Shown one piece after another: positions 8,812 through 17,991 of a stretch of DNA of 64,000 bases. The notes under the pieces were generated by a model, which worked only from the letters and a program-made list of their open reading frames with translations, made no database searches and was not told the DNA's origin. A program made the position numbers and the translations under genes. How positions within the stretch are numbered: the stretch's first letter is position 1; each line of letters begins with the position of its first letter. Where the stretch lies: assembly GCA_958296015.1 (NCBI GenBank), contig CATQIH010000032.1, positions 85,795-149,794 of the forward strand. The letters run 5' to 3'. This stretch comes from Cyclobacteriaceae bacterium. GTDB taxonomy: Bacteria > Bacteroidota > Bacteroidia > Cytophagales > Cyclobacteriaceae.

Positions 8812-8899
8812 GATATATAATATAATTTTTTATGAGCTATTTACTTTTGCCCAAACCGTTTACAAAAGATACTACAGCAAAACACCTTTTCTGTAGAAA

Positions 8900-9322
8900 T
8901 CATCCGTCTATTTGTGTCAGGGCAGTTTGGATAATCGCTTCCCGCTCTATTCTATGCTCAATCTCCTGATCGCTATACACACCTGCAAACGCTTCTTCAG
9001 CAGCGATAGCCAATGCATAGGGAAAAGCATCATGTAGAATGCTCTGTAATGTGTCTTTATCGGCGTACTTCCCTCCCGCCCTTCTGCGGTTATTCACTTT
9101 CTTGATATCACGAACCGCAAAATTAATAGCATTGTCCCAGGAACGTGTAGTACGGTTTTCCGCTGCCTGTTTGATAAGGTGAATGAGTAAAACAGTAGCA
9201 AAGCTATCAATCTTGTTTAGCTTATCGTCTCTGCTCATTTCTTCCAATTCGTTTACAATACCCAGAGCTTCCTCATAGTTTCGGGCTTCTATATGTTTTC
9301 GTAAGGCGATAAGTTCTTCCAT
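8900..9322 (-). CDS. DUF29 family protein
   Basis: LEEMSRDDKLNKIDSF...LLIHLIK...RSW pattern. Confidence 0.75.
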   Translation of the reverse strand: MEELIALRKHIEARNYEEALGIVNELEEMSRDDKLNKIDSFATVLLIHLIKQAAENRTTRSWDNAINFAVRDIKKVNNRRRAGGKYADKDTLQSILHDAFPYALAIAAEEAFAGVYSDQEIEHRIEREAIIQTALTQIDG

Positions 9323-9834
9323 ACAGCATCAAGTTTTGCTACAATTAACTTGTTTTCACAAACATAACCTACTTCTAACCTCTAAAATTCATCCTCAATG
9401 CTATGTGAGTCATGTAGTTTTAGTTTTTTTCTTATTTATTCACGCCAGTCAGTTGTAAGCCTGTTTATCACAAAGCTATGCAATATGTCTTCCAAAAAAA
9501 CAATAAGTAGGGTATTTGGCAAAGTTGCCATAACGTCACTAAGAACAGTAATATTTTTTATCTGAAATGATAAAAAATCACAAAATAATCTTTATTTAAT
9601 AATGAACATTTGGTGTTTTATAAAAGAGCGTGAATGAAAGAAAAATAGGGAAATGGTAGTTTTTTGCGTTAAAGCCTTCGAAGGTATCTGATCTGCCTGT
9701 TATTATATCAATACGCATATCTCCAATAAATACTTCATCTTTTGTAGAGTGACTAAAAAATCATTCAAGAAAAAATATTGTATATCACAGTCAGTTATTT
9801 GATATTTTTGCCGTTGAAATAGTGAAACAAACAA

Positions 9835-10854
9835 TTAAACCCTCTGTGTGCTGTTTCTCACTTTCAGTTCGGTTTTTAACGTGCGTTGCTGTGGCTCAAA
9901 ATGATCAGGATCTTCGAGTTGTTGCAGAAACAGCCGGGCCGTCTCCCGACCGATTTCATAAGTAGGTTGTGATACCGTGGTTAGCGTTGGCTCAATGAGC
10001 GAGGAGAAGGGTTCGTCGGTGAAGCCTATCACCGCTACTTCATCCGGTATGTTGATGCCCCTGGCTTTTAGCTCGGCTATCACACCATAAGCCGGGTAGT
10101 CGCTGACCACAAATACGGCATCAGGCATGTCTGGCAACAGCAGCAGTTCATGCATGGCTTTTCTGCCGCTCTCGATGCTGAAGTCACAGTATCTGATGTA
10201 TGCATCTTCTGTAGTTAGCTGGCAGCTATTCAAAGCGTCCAGATATCCCTGATAGCGATGTCGGCTCAGCTGTAGGTTTTGCGGACCGGCTATATGCGCT
10301 ATGCGCCTGTATCCTGTGCGTATGAGGTATTCTACGGCATGGTAGGCTCCCTGGTAATCATCTACCTCTACCCTGGAAGCATGTAGGCCATCCAGCGTTC
10401 TGTTGAAAGATACCAGCGGAACGCCTTTGTCTATCACAGCACTGAAATGCGCCAGGTCTTCTGTTTCTTTCGACTGCGAAACAATCAGTCCATCTACCCG
10501 GCTGTTGAGCAGCGTCTGCACATTGGCTACCTCGGTATCGTAGTTTTCATTCGATTGGCAGATCATGATGTTGTACCCTGCCTGAGATAATACATCCTGA
10601 ATGCCGCCGATAGCCGACGAATAAAAGTGAATCACAAAATTAGGAATGATCACGCCTACCGTATACGTTTTGCTTTTCACCAGGCTAAGTGCTACGGCAT
10701 TGGGGTGATAGTCCAGCTTCCGGGCCAGCGTTTCTACCGATCTGCGGGTGGCTGCATTTACATCCGGCAATCCACGGAGTGCCCTGGAAACGGTGGAAAC
10801 GGATATATTGAGTTCTCTGGCGATATCCTTGATTGTGATAGGTCTTTCTTTCAT
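9835..10854 (-). CDS. LacI-family transcriptional regulator
   Basis: TIKDIARELNISVSTVSRAL HTH plus periplasmic-binding-like domain. Confidence 0.95.
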   Translation of the reverse strand: MKERPITIKDIARELNISVSTVSRALRGLPDVNAATRRSVETLARKLDYHPNAVALSLVKSKTYTVGVIIPNFVIHFYSSAIGGIQDVLSQAGYNIMICQSNENYDTEVANVQTLLNSRVDGLIVSQSKETEDLAHFSAVIDKGVPLVSFNRTLDGLHASRVEVDDYQGAYHAVEYLIRTGYRRIAHIAGPQNLQLSRHRYQGYLDALNSCQLTTEDAYIRYCDFSIESGRKAMHELLLLPDMPDAVFVVSDYPAYGVIAELKARGINIPDEVAVIGFTDEPFSSLIEPTLTTVSQPTYEIGRETARLFLQQLEDPDHFEPQQRTLKTELKVRNSTQRV

Positions 10855-11283
10855 ATTAGTTCTTAATTTTCTGCTCGCCTAAAATTAGCAAAATCCTTTT
10901 TTGAAAGAACGGGAGTACAACAGTTTGCCCTCTTAAAATAATATTTAGTCTTTTATTTATATATTAACTATTTTTATTTACATTTGCAAAATGGTACATA
11001 TGTACTTTTTACACTTAAATTAACTTTTTATGCAATTAAATCTACATATCGCAGCAAAGGCAAGAGTCACATTGGTACTGTTATTCTGGGCAGTTCTTTG
11101 CCTGACTACGCTTTCCAACAGATCTTCCGTATTTGATAGAGAATTTAGCCCAAACATTTCGAACTCCAGTGTAGTGGCGTACTTTAGCAATAACTTATGT
11201 GGACAGTGCTCGTTTTATGGTAAAAACTCTTTGGAAAGTTTGAAGGATTGAAGAGCTTTATATTAGATCAATGAAACGCTACT

Positions 11284-12609
11284 ATGCCAAACAAAGAGCA
11301 GCCTTATTTGCAGCAATGCCTGTACCTGATTGAGCAAAAGACCGGCTGGGGCAATCATGTGCACTGGACGCATCAGGATTTTGTTTGTCTGAGTGAGTGG
11401 ATATTGCAAGCCACAGGTGTCAGCCTAAGTTCTACCACCCTAAAGCGGATTTGGGGCAAGGTGGCGTATCACAGCTTTCCGCACATTACTACGCTGAATA
11501 CGCTGGCAAACTATGCCGGATACCCCAACTGGCGGGCATTTGTGGCTGCACAGAATGCGCAGGCAAGTCAGCAGATACCACAGCAAGCAGCAAAGCCAAC
11601 CCCTGCCCTTGCAATCATGCCTCATGTCGTAGCCCATGACAGGCGCGACAGGATGCATATTGCCCGGGCTACAGGTATTATGCTGCTGTTCATTACAGGC
11701 ACACTTGTGCTGCTGAGTGCTATTTTCTCTACCTATCATACGTCTAAAGAACGCTCTGCTGCTACTGAAGCTTATACATTCTCAGCGCATCCTGTTACTA
11801 CGGGTGTACCTAATACTGTTATTTTTCAGTATGATAGTTCTACGGAGGATGCTGGCAGCTTATCTATTCAATCATCGGGTGATCAAACGCAGTTGGTAGC
11901 TGCTGACGGGCACCGGCATACTGCTCTGTATTATTACCCTGGCGTCTACCAGACCAGGCTATTGGCAGGCAGGCAGGTAGTGAAGACGCAGGAAGTGCTG
12001 ATTGATACCCACGGCTGGCTGGCACTGGTAGAGCGCGACCCGGTGCCGTTATATATCAAAGAAAATATCCGGCAGCAAGGTAGTTTGGGTATTCCTGTAG
12101 AAATGCTGGCTTCGTATTTTCCCAACATGCAAACGGCTACTCCCTGGGTAGATTACTACAATGTCGGCCACTTCGGTAAGCTGCAAAGCAACAATTTTAC
12201 CCTGGAAACTGAACTGAAAAGCGACTTTAACCAGGGAGATGCTGTTTGCCAGGATACCAGTATTGTCATCTTACGTCACCATGCACCGCCAATTACCATC
12301 CCGCTGGCCATCACCGGTTGCCTGGCCAGCGCAGATCAGGCGTTAAAATTCGGAGTTTTTCAGTACGATCGGCTCAATCTCCCGGCCTTCGGCTTCGATG
12401 CAGGTTGGGTGCAGGTGAAATGTGAGGCTAAAGACAGTCGGTTTAAGCTCTGGATCAACCAGCAACTAGCTTACGATGGCACTTTGCCAGCAGCTACCAG
12501 CCAGATTGCCGGTATCGTTTACCGCTTCCACGGCACTGGCCGTATCAACTACCTGCACCTGGGCACAGCCGATGGAGCAGTGGTGTATGCAGAAGATTTT
12601 GAGGGGTAA
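11284..12609 (+). CDS. hypothetical membrane-anchored protein (N-terminal HTH-like domain, one TM, PKD/lectin-like C-terminus)
   Basis: 441 aa ORF; LSSTTLKRIWG helix motif; TM IMLLFITGTLVLLSAIF; YYYPGVY PKD-like motif. Confidence 0.7.
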   Translation: MPNKEQPYLQQCLYLIEQKTGWGNHVHWTHQDFVCLSEWILQATGVSLSSTTLKRIWGKVAYHSFPHITTLNTLANYAGYPNWRAFVAAQNAQASQQIPQQAAKPTPALAIMPHVVAHDRRDRMHIARATGIMLLFITGTLVLLSAIFSTYHTSKERSAATEAYTFSAHPVTTGVPNTVIFQYDSSTEDAGSLSIQSSGDQTQLVAADGHRHTALYYYPGVYQTRLLAGRQVVKTQEVLIDTHGWLALVERDPVPLYIKENIRQQGSLGIPVEMLASYFPNMQTATPWVDYYNVGHFGKLQSNNFTLETELKSDFNQGDAVCQDTSIVILRHHAPPITIPLAITGCLASADQALKFGVFQYDRLNLPAFGFDAGWVQVKCEAKDSRFKLWINQQLAYDGTLPAATSQIAGIVYRFHGTGRINYLHLGTADGAVVYAEDFEG

Positions 12610-12631
12610 GAACCTTACTATTTGCTTTACT

Positions 12632-13027
12632 ATGGCACAATTGCATTAACCAATAATACGCTTATTTTCTCTTTTATCTATATGGTTGATTAGCTGCAAT
12701 TCTTCATTGGATAGGAAGGGAAAAATAGTTATAAGTAATCTTGCTGTATCAGATGAGAAGTCCAATATGATACATCAGAAAAAACCGCCACAGGATTTTA
12801 ATACTGTGTTTCAATTTTTAGTTAGCAATAGTATATTACCAGAAAACTATCCAAAAAGCGGTATCTTGTCACAACAGCAATTTAAAGAAAGGAAACATCA
12901 GTTGTGGGTAGTGAAGTTTGCTTATGACCAAACGCTAAAACAAGACACCATTGATCTTGTTCAAAATGTTCTTTATACGAAAAATGGTAATCAGTTGTCT
13001 TGCTACAAATTTATCCCATCAGTTTAA
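12632..13027 (+). pseudogene. hypothetical lipoprotein with an in-frame stop at codon 6
   Basis: ATG 12632 is in frame with ORF 12686: MAQLH*PIIRLFSLLSIWLISC gives a lipoprotein-like signal once the TAA is read through. Confidence 0.4.
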
Positions 13028-13053
13028 AGGGGCATTGAATTAATAACCTACCC

Positions 13054-13127
13054 AAGGTCTGTGCGGGGCACCTCGTGCCTCCGTGGCGCGGCCCTCACAA
13101 ACCGAAAATGTACCGTAGTGTAGTATA
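13054..13127. repeat. GC-rich palindromic repeat (family B), single unit
   Basis: AAGGTCTGTGCGGGGCACCTCGTGCCTCCGTGGCGCGGCCCTCACAAACCGAAAATGTACCGTAGTGTAGTATA shares modules with 30583-30792. Confidence 0.75.
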
Positions 13128-13512
13128 CCTTTCATCATACTTTCCTCTCCTCATAATCTTAGCAGCAATACTGAAAACAATAAATAGCCAATAATCTATC
13201 TGAATTATTCTGACGATAGTTCAGCCTATACCTTACATGGCTAAGGTATTGGAGAAAAGTCAATGGCAAATGGTGGCTTTTACTGATAGATTACGTGTTT
13301 ATTTTTATCAAACACTTATTGAAGATGAACACGAAAAATTATTATATCGCCCATGAAAAGTATGCCGGTCAGAAAGCCGGACAGGAAAAGATCACAGCAA
13401 AAACGCCTCATATGATCAGCTACCTTTGCCACATTCCAGGGAAAGTGAGTATTACCGTAACTGCTACGAATGTCCAGTCTCAGGATGCGGCTTGCTTTTA
13501 GGCCATCCGCAC

Positions 13513-13536
13513 AAAAAAAAGCCCAATAAGGGCTTT
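13513..13536 (-). terminator. rho-independent terminator of the PPP operon
   Basis: AAAGCCC/GGGCTTT stem followed by a T8 tract on the minus strand. Confidence 0.7.
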
Positions 13537-13588
13537 GATATATCTTTTTGTAGCCGCCATGTACGGCGGCTTTGTCTATGTATCCCCC

Positions 13589-15895
13589 CTAACTAGCTTC
13601 TGCGGCACTATAGTCTTTGAGGCTGGCAGCAGCTTCGTTGTCTACAAACCAGTGTACTTCTCCGTCTTCCAGCTTGATCGTCTGTGCAGGATATTCCGAC
13701 GGATGGTAATCATCTTCCAGTACATGCTGTAGGGCGGCTGCTTTTTTGTCACCATAAGCGATAAAGGCAATGGCATGTGACTGATTGATCAGCTGCGGTG
13801 TCAGCGTAATTCTGTGTGCATCCAGTTTGGGTACAAACACATCCTGTACCCAACTCATCCGTTTGTCTGAAATCTGAACGCCCGGAAACAGCGAAGCAGT
13901 ATGCGCGTCGTCCCCTAGCCCAAGCAAAATGAGATCGAAGCGGGGAGAACGGCCCCGGAAGAAGTCCTGCAACGTTTCTTCGTACTGCCGTGCTGCCAGG
14001 TCCGGACGGGTATCGCCTTGCATCGGATGGATTTGCTCTTTGGGTATCTGCACTTCATCAAGCATCGTCTTGAAGGCCATACCTGCATTACTTTCAGGAT
14101 CATCGATGGCTACGGCACGCTCATCACCCCAAAAAACATGTACTTTGCTCCAGGCTACTTCTGTGACGAAAGGGCGTTGCGTGAGCAGTTCATACAGCTT
14201 TTTGGAAGAATTGCCTCCGGAGAGAGCTACCACAAAGCGGCCATCACGCTCAATGGCTTCTTTGCTCTTGTGTACAAAAAGCTCAGCGGCGCAGTAGCTC
14301 AAATCATCTGTATTTTCATACACATGCAGGTTGACCACGCCTTTGCGCGACTCATCGTGCTTGTCTTTGATGATGGTTTCTTTGGCGTTGGAGGCAGGCG
14401 GATTAATCCAACTGTGCCCTTCTTTGGCCAGCAGCCGGTCGGCTTCCGGTGGCCCCCAGGTGCCAGAGGCATAGCTCGGATAGTTTTCTATTGGCTTGTT
14501 TCCCCACGATTCCAGGATAGGCATCACCACTTCCCAGGCAGCTTCCACCTGGTCTGCCCGCATAAATAAGGCGGCATTGCCGGAGATGGCATCCAGCAAC
14601 AAAGCTTCATACGCTTCCGGGGCCTGCGCATCGTACGATTTGTCGTAGTCAAATACCATATCCACCGGATTGACGATCTGGTTCATGCCCGGCCTCTTAG
14701 CTTGAAAACGGATAGTGATGCCCATTTCCGGCTGTATATTGATGATAATGCGGTTGGCTTCTTCCATTGCGTCTCCATCTACACTAAATGCTCTGTGTGG
14801 TGCAGGCCGCAACTGGATGGTGATGACCGAGGTTTTATCTGCCATATGCTTACCTGTACGCACATAGAAAGGCACATCCTGCCAACGCCAGGTGTCTACA
14901 AAGAACTTGGCAGCCGCATAGGTTTCGGTGTTGGAGTGAGGGTCTACGCCTTCTTCTTCGCGATAGCCCGGCACCTCTTTGCCTTTGATCCAACCTGGGC
15001 CGTACTGGCCGCGCACCGCGTATTCGTCTACTTCTTCCGGCTTGTAGCGACGCATCGCTTTGATCACATCTACTTTTTTGTTGCGTACTTCATCGGCATC
15101 AGTAGAGATGGGCGGTTCCATAGCAATCATAGAGACCAGTTGCAGCATGTGGTTCTGCACCATATCGCGCAGCGCACCCGACCCTTCGTAGTATTCGCCA
15201 CGGCCTTCTACGCCTACCGTCTCCGATACGGTGATTTGCACATGATCAATGTAGTTTCTGTTCCATAATGGCTCGAACACGGCATTGGTGAAGCGGGTGG
15301 TCAGGATGTTCTGCACCGTTTCTTTGCCCAGGTAATGGTCTATGCGGAATATCTGGCTTTCATGGAAAATGGTGCCCAGTAGTTTATTCAACGCTTTGGC
15401 ACTTTTCAGGTCGTGTCCGAAGGGCTTTTCTATCACAATACGGGCACGTTTGATGTCTTCGCATACCTGCGATTTGCCCAGGTTGACGGCAATGGTTTCA
15501 AACAAAGTGGGTGCTACGGAAAGGTAGAATAATCGATTGGACTTTTCGCCCCACTCTTTTTCCATTGCCTCTATCTGTGCGCTGATATTCTGGAAAGAAT
15601 CTGCATCTTTCACGTTGGCAGAGCGGTAAAAGATATGTTTGGCAAATTTATCCCAAGCACTGTTCTTCACTTTACCCCTACGGGAAAATTCGTCGACACC
15701 TTCCTGCATGATCTTCCGGAAATCTTCGTCGCTGTATTCTGTACGCCCACTACCAATAATGGCAAATTTTTCGGGAAGGTATTTGTCCAAGTAAAGATTG
15801 TATAAAGCAGGTGTCAGCTTCCTTTTATTCAAGTCGCCGCTACCGCCAAAAATGACAATGACAGTAGGCTCTTGTGGTTGTTTGGTACCAAACAT
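13589..15895 (-). CDS. zwf: glucose-6-phosphate dehydrogenase fused to 6-phosphogluconolactonase
   Basis: GGSGDL, RIDHYLGKE, RDMVQNH, EAYEALL in the first ~500 aa; then ALSGG, FWGDER, DLILLGLGDDAHTASLFP (PGL). One uninterrupted 768 aa ORF. Confidence 0.93.
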   Translation of the reverse strand: MFGTKQPQEPTVIVIFGGSGDLNKRKLTPALYNLYLDKYLPEKFAIIGSGRTEYSDEDFRKIMQEGVDEFSRRGKVKNSAWDKFAKHIFYRSANVKDADSFQNISAQIEAMEKEWGEKSNRLFYLSVAPTLFETIAVNLGKSQVCEDIKRARIVIEKPFGHDLKSAKALNKLLGTIFHESQIFRIDHYLGKETVQNILTTRFTNAVFEPLWNRNYIDHVQITVSETVGVEGRGEYYEGSGALRDMVQNHMLQLVSMIAMEPPISTDADEVRNKKVDVIKAMRRYKPEEVDEYAVRGQYGPGWIKGKEVPGYREEEGVDPHSNTETYAAAKFFVDTWRWQDVPFYVRTGKHMADKTSVITIQLRPAPHRAFSVDGDAMEEANRIIINIQPEMGITIRFQAKRPGMNQIVNPVDMVFDYDKSYDAQAPEAYEALLLDAISGNAALFMRADQVEAAWEVVMPILESWGNKPIENYPSYASGTWGPPEADRLLAKEGHSWINPPASNAKETIIKDKHDESRKGVVNLHVYENTDDLSYCAAELFVHKSKEAIERDGRFVVALSGGNSSKKLYELLTQRPFVTEVAWSKVHVFWGDERAVAIDDPESNAGMAFKTMLDEVQIPKEQIHPMQGDTRPDLAARQYEETLQDFFRGRSPRFDLILLGLGDDAHTASLFPGVQISDKRMSWVQDVFVPKLDAHRITLTPQLINQSHAIAFIAYGDKKAAALQHVLEDDYHPSEYPAQTIKLEDGEVHWFVDNEAAASLKDYSAAEAS

Positions 15896-15956
15896 ATGGA
15901 TCGTTGGTTAGGGATGGATAATAATTGATTGCCTTCTCAGGCCTGTTGTTCTAAAG

Positions 15957-17378
15957 TTATGATGACTGATTCCACTCCGTATGGAATATGCCTTCTTTGT
16001 CGGTACGCTCATAGGTATGCGCGCCAAAGTAATCGCGCTGGGCCTGCGTGAGGTTAGAAGGCAAACGCTTGCTCCGGTAAGCATCAAAATAACCAATAGC
16101 CGTAGCCATTGCCGGCACAGGAATGCTCATCTGCAATCCCAGCTTGTTAACTTCCACTGCATCCAAATACTGTTGCAGTAGTACTTTAGACAGGTGATCG
16201 TCCATCATCAGGTTGGGCAGGTCGTGGTTGTGCCTGAAGGCAGCCGTAATATCTTCCAGCAGTTTGGCCCGGATGATGCAGCCACCCCGCCATATTTTAG
16301 CCACTTCTGCCAGATCAAGGCCATAGTTGAACTCTTTGGTGGCTTCTTTGAGCAGTGCCAGCCCCTGTGCATAGGTGATGATCATGGCGAAATGCAGTGC
16401 GTTGCCGATCTCTGCTTCTACCAGTTTTTTATCTTCCTTATTTTCTTTTGTCTCACTCACCAACATTTCGGCTGCGGCTGTTCTTTCATCTTTCAGAGCA
16501 GAAATGAAACGCATGGAAACAGCCATATCTATAGTGGGAATAGGCACGCCCATATCCATTGCAGACTGGGAAGTCCATTTGCCGGTGCCTTTTTGCTTGG
16601 CTTTATCCAGTATCTTATCTACCAAAAACCCTTCGCCCAGTTCCATATCAGGCTGTTTGAAGATATCAGCAGTGATTTCTACTAGAAAAGATTGCAGCTC
16701 GCCAGCGTTCCACTTCTCGAATACTTTATGGATTTCCTGGTTGTCCAGGCCCAGTCCTCTTTTCAGCAGATCGTAAGCTTCGGCAATCAGTTGCATGATG
16801 CCATATTCTATGCCGTTGTGTACCATTTTAACGTAGTGACCGGCAGAGCCTGTGCCCAGATAGGCCACACAGGGTTCATCGTTGACTTTGGCGGCAGCCG
16901 CTTCCAGCATAGGACGCACAATTTCATAGGCTTCTTTTTTGCCGCCTGGCATCAGGCTTGGGCCAAAACGGGCACCTTTCTCGCCACCTGATACGCCAAT
17001 ACCCAAGAAATTGATCTTTTTGTCTGCCAGGTACTTCATGCGCCGGTCGGTATCTGCAAAATAAGAGTTGCCACCATCAATGATCAGGTCGTTGGTATCC
17101 AGCAGAGGTAATAATTCTTCTATCACAGCATCCACGATCTTACCGGCAGGCACCAGCAACATGATCTTGCGGGGCACCGCCAGGTTGGCTACAAAATCTT
17201 CCACCGTATTAAAACCCTTAGCGGGATGTTCCGAGCCTTCTTTGTCCAGTGCAGCCACCTTTTCAGGGTCATTGTCGTATCCGGAAACGGCAAATCCGTG
17301 GTCGGCGATGTTGAGCAAAAAATTTCGCCCCATCACTCCCAGTCCAATCATGCCAAAGTCATATGTTGTTTGTTCCAT
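15957..17378 (-). CDS. gnd: NADP-dependent 6-phosphogluconate dehydrogenase
   Basis: GLGVMG, IIDGGNS, VKMVHNGIEYG, QAQRDYFGAHTY. Confidence 0.97.
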   Translation of the reverse strand: MEQTTYDFGMIGLGVMGRNFLLNIADHGFAVSGYDNDPEKVAALDKEGSEHPAKGFNTVEDFVANLAVPRKIMLLVPAGKIVDAVIEELLPLLDTNDLIIDGGNSYFADTDRRMKYLADKKINFLGIGVSGGEKGARFGPSLMPGGKKEAYEIVRPMLEAAAAKVNDEPCVAYLGTGSAGHYVKMVHNGIEYGIMQLIAEAYDLLKRGLGLDNQEIHKVFEKWNAGELQSFLVEITADIFKQPDMELGEGFLVDKILDKAKQKGTGKWTSQSAMDMGVPIPTIDMAVSMRFISALKDERTAAAEMLVSETKENKEDKKLVEAEIGNALHFAMIITYAQGLALLKEATKEFNYGLDLAEVAKIWRGGCIIRAKLLEDITAAFRHNHDLPNLMMDDHLSKVLLQQYLDAVEVNKLGLQMSIPVPAMATAIGYFDAYRSKRLPSNLTQAQRDYFGAHTYERTDKEGIFHTEWNQSS

Positions 17379-17507
17379 AAATTCAGTCAGTTATATAGTA
17401 TCTTATCATAAAAAACTCAAATCACAAGCATCAAAAAGCAAACAATATCCAAATACAAAATCTCAATTGACAAGATGGTTTTGTATGTGGCTTTTAAATA
17501 TTGAGGT

Positions 17508-17978
17508 TTATTTGCTACTTGCTATTTGCTGATTCTCCAATGCTTTCACTTTATCAAGCCTTCTTTGGTGCCGTTCCTCCCCGGAGAATTCAGCGTGCAG
17601 AAATGCCATCACCAGTTCTTCTATGTATACTTCGCCCAGCACTCTGGCACCCAGGCATATCACATTCATGTTATCGTGTTCTACGCCCTGATGGGCAGAA
17701 TACGTCTCGCAGATAAGAGCAGCTCGTACGCCGGGCACTTTATTACATACAATAGAGGCTCCTACACCACTGCCGCAAATGGCAATGCCTTTATCTACCT
17801 CACCTTTGGCGACTGCCATGGCGAGTGGAGCCACACAATCAGGGTAATCATCCTGCGTGTTGTAGGTATCAGCACCATAATCTACTACACTGATGCCTTC
17901 CCTGCCATTGAGCAGGTTGATGAGCTTTTCTTTAGCGTAAAAGCCGCCATGATCGGCGGCTATTCCTACCTTTGTCAT
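17508..17978 (-). CDS. rpiB: ribose-5-phosphate isomerase B
   Basis: AADHGG, DDYPD, CGSGVG, HDNMNVICLGARV; start set to ATG 17978. Confidence 0.92.
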   Translation of the reverse strand: MTKVGIAADHGGFYAKEKLINLLNGREGISVVDYGADTYNTQDDYPDCVAPLAMAVAKGEVDKGIAICGSGVGASIVCNKVPGVRAALICETYSAHQGVEHDNMNVICLGARVLGEVYIEELVMAFLHAEFSGEERHQRRLDKVKALENQQIASSK

Positions 17979-17991
17979 ATCGGGCAACGGG

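Noticed and set aside
11030-11251. 73 aa ORF upstream of the HTH-like protein
   Set aside because: It has a hydrophobic stretch but no recognisable family; it may be real but cannot be supported from sequence alone.
13237-13501. Small ORF 13295-13501 and an alternative interrupted frame containing CYECPVSGC
   Set aside because: No recognisable motif, competing frames and an internal stop; cannot be supported as a gene or pseudogene.
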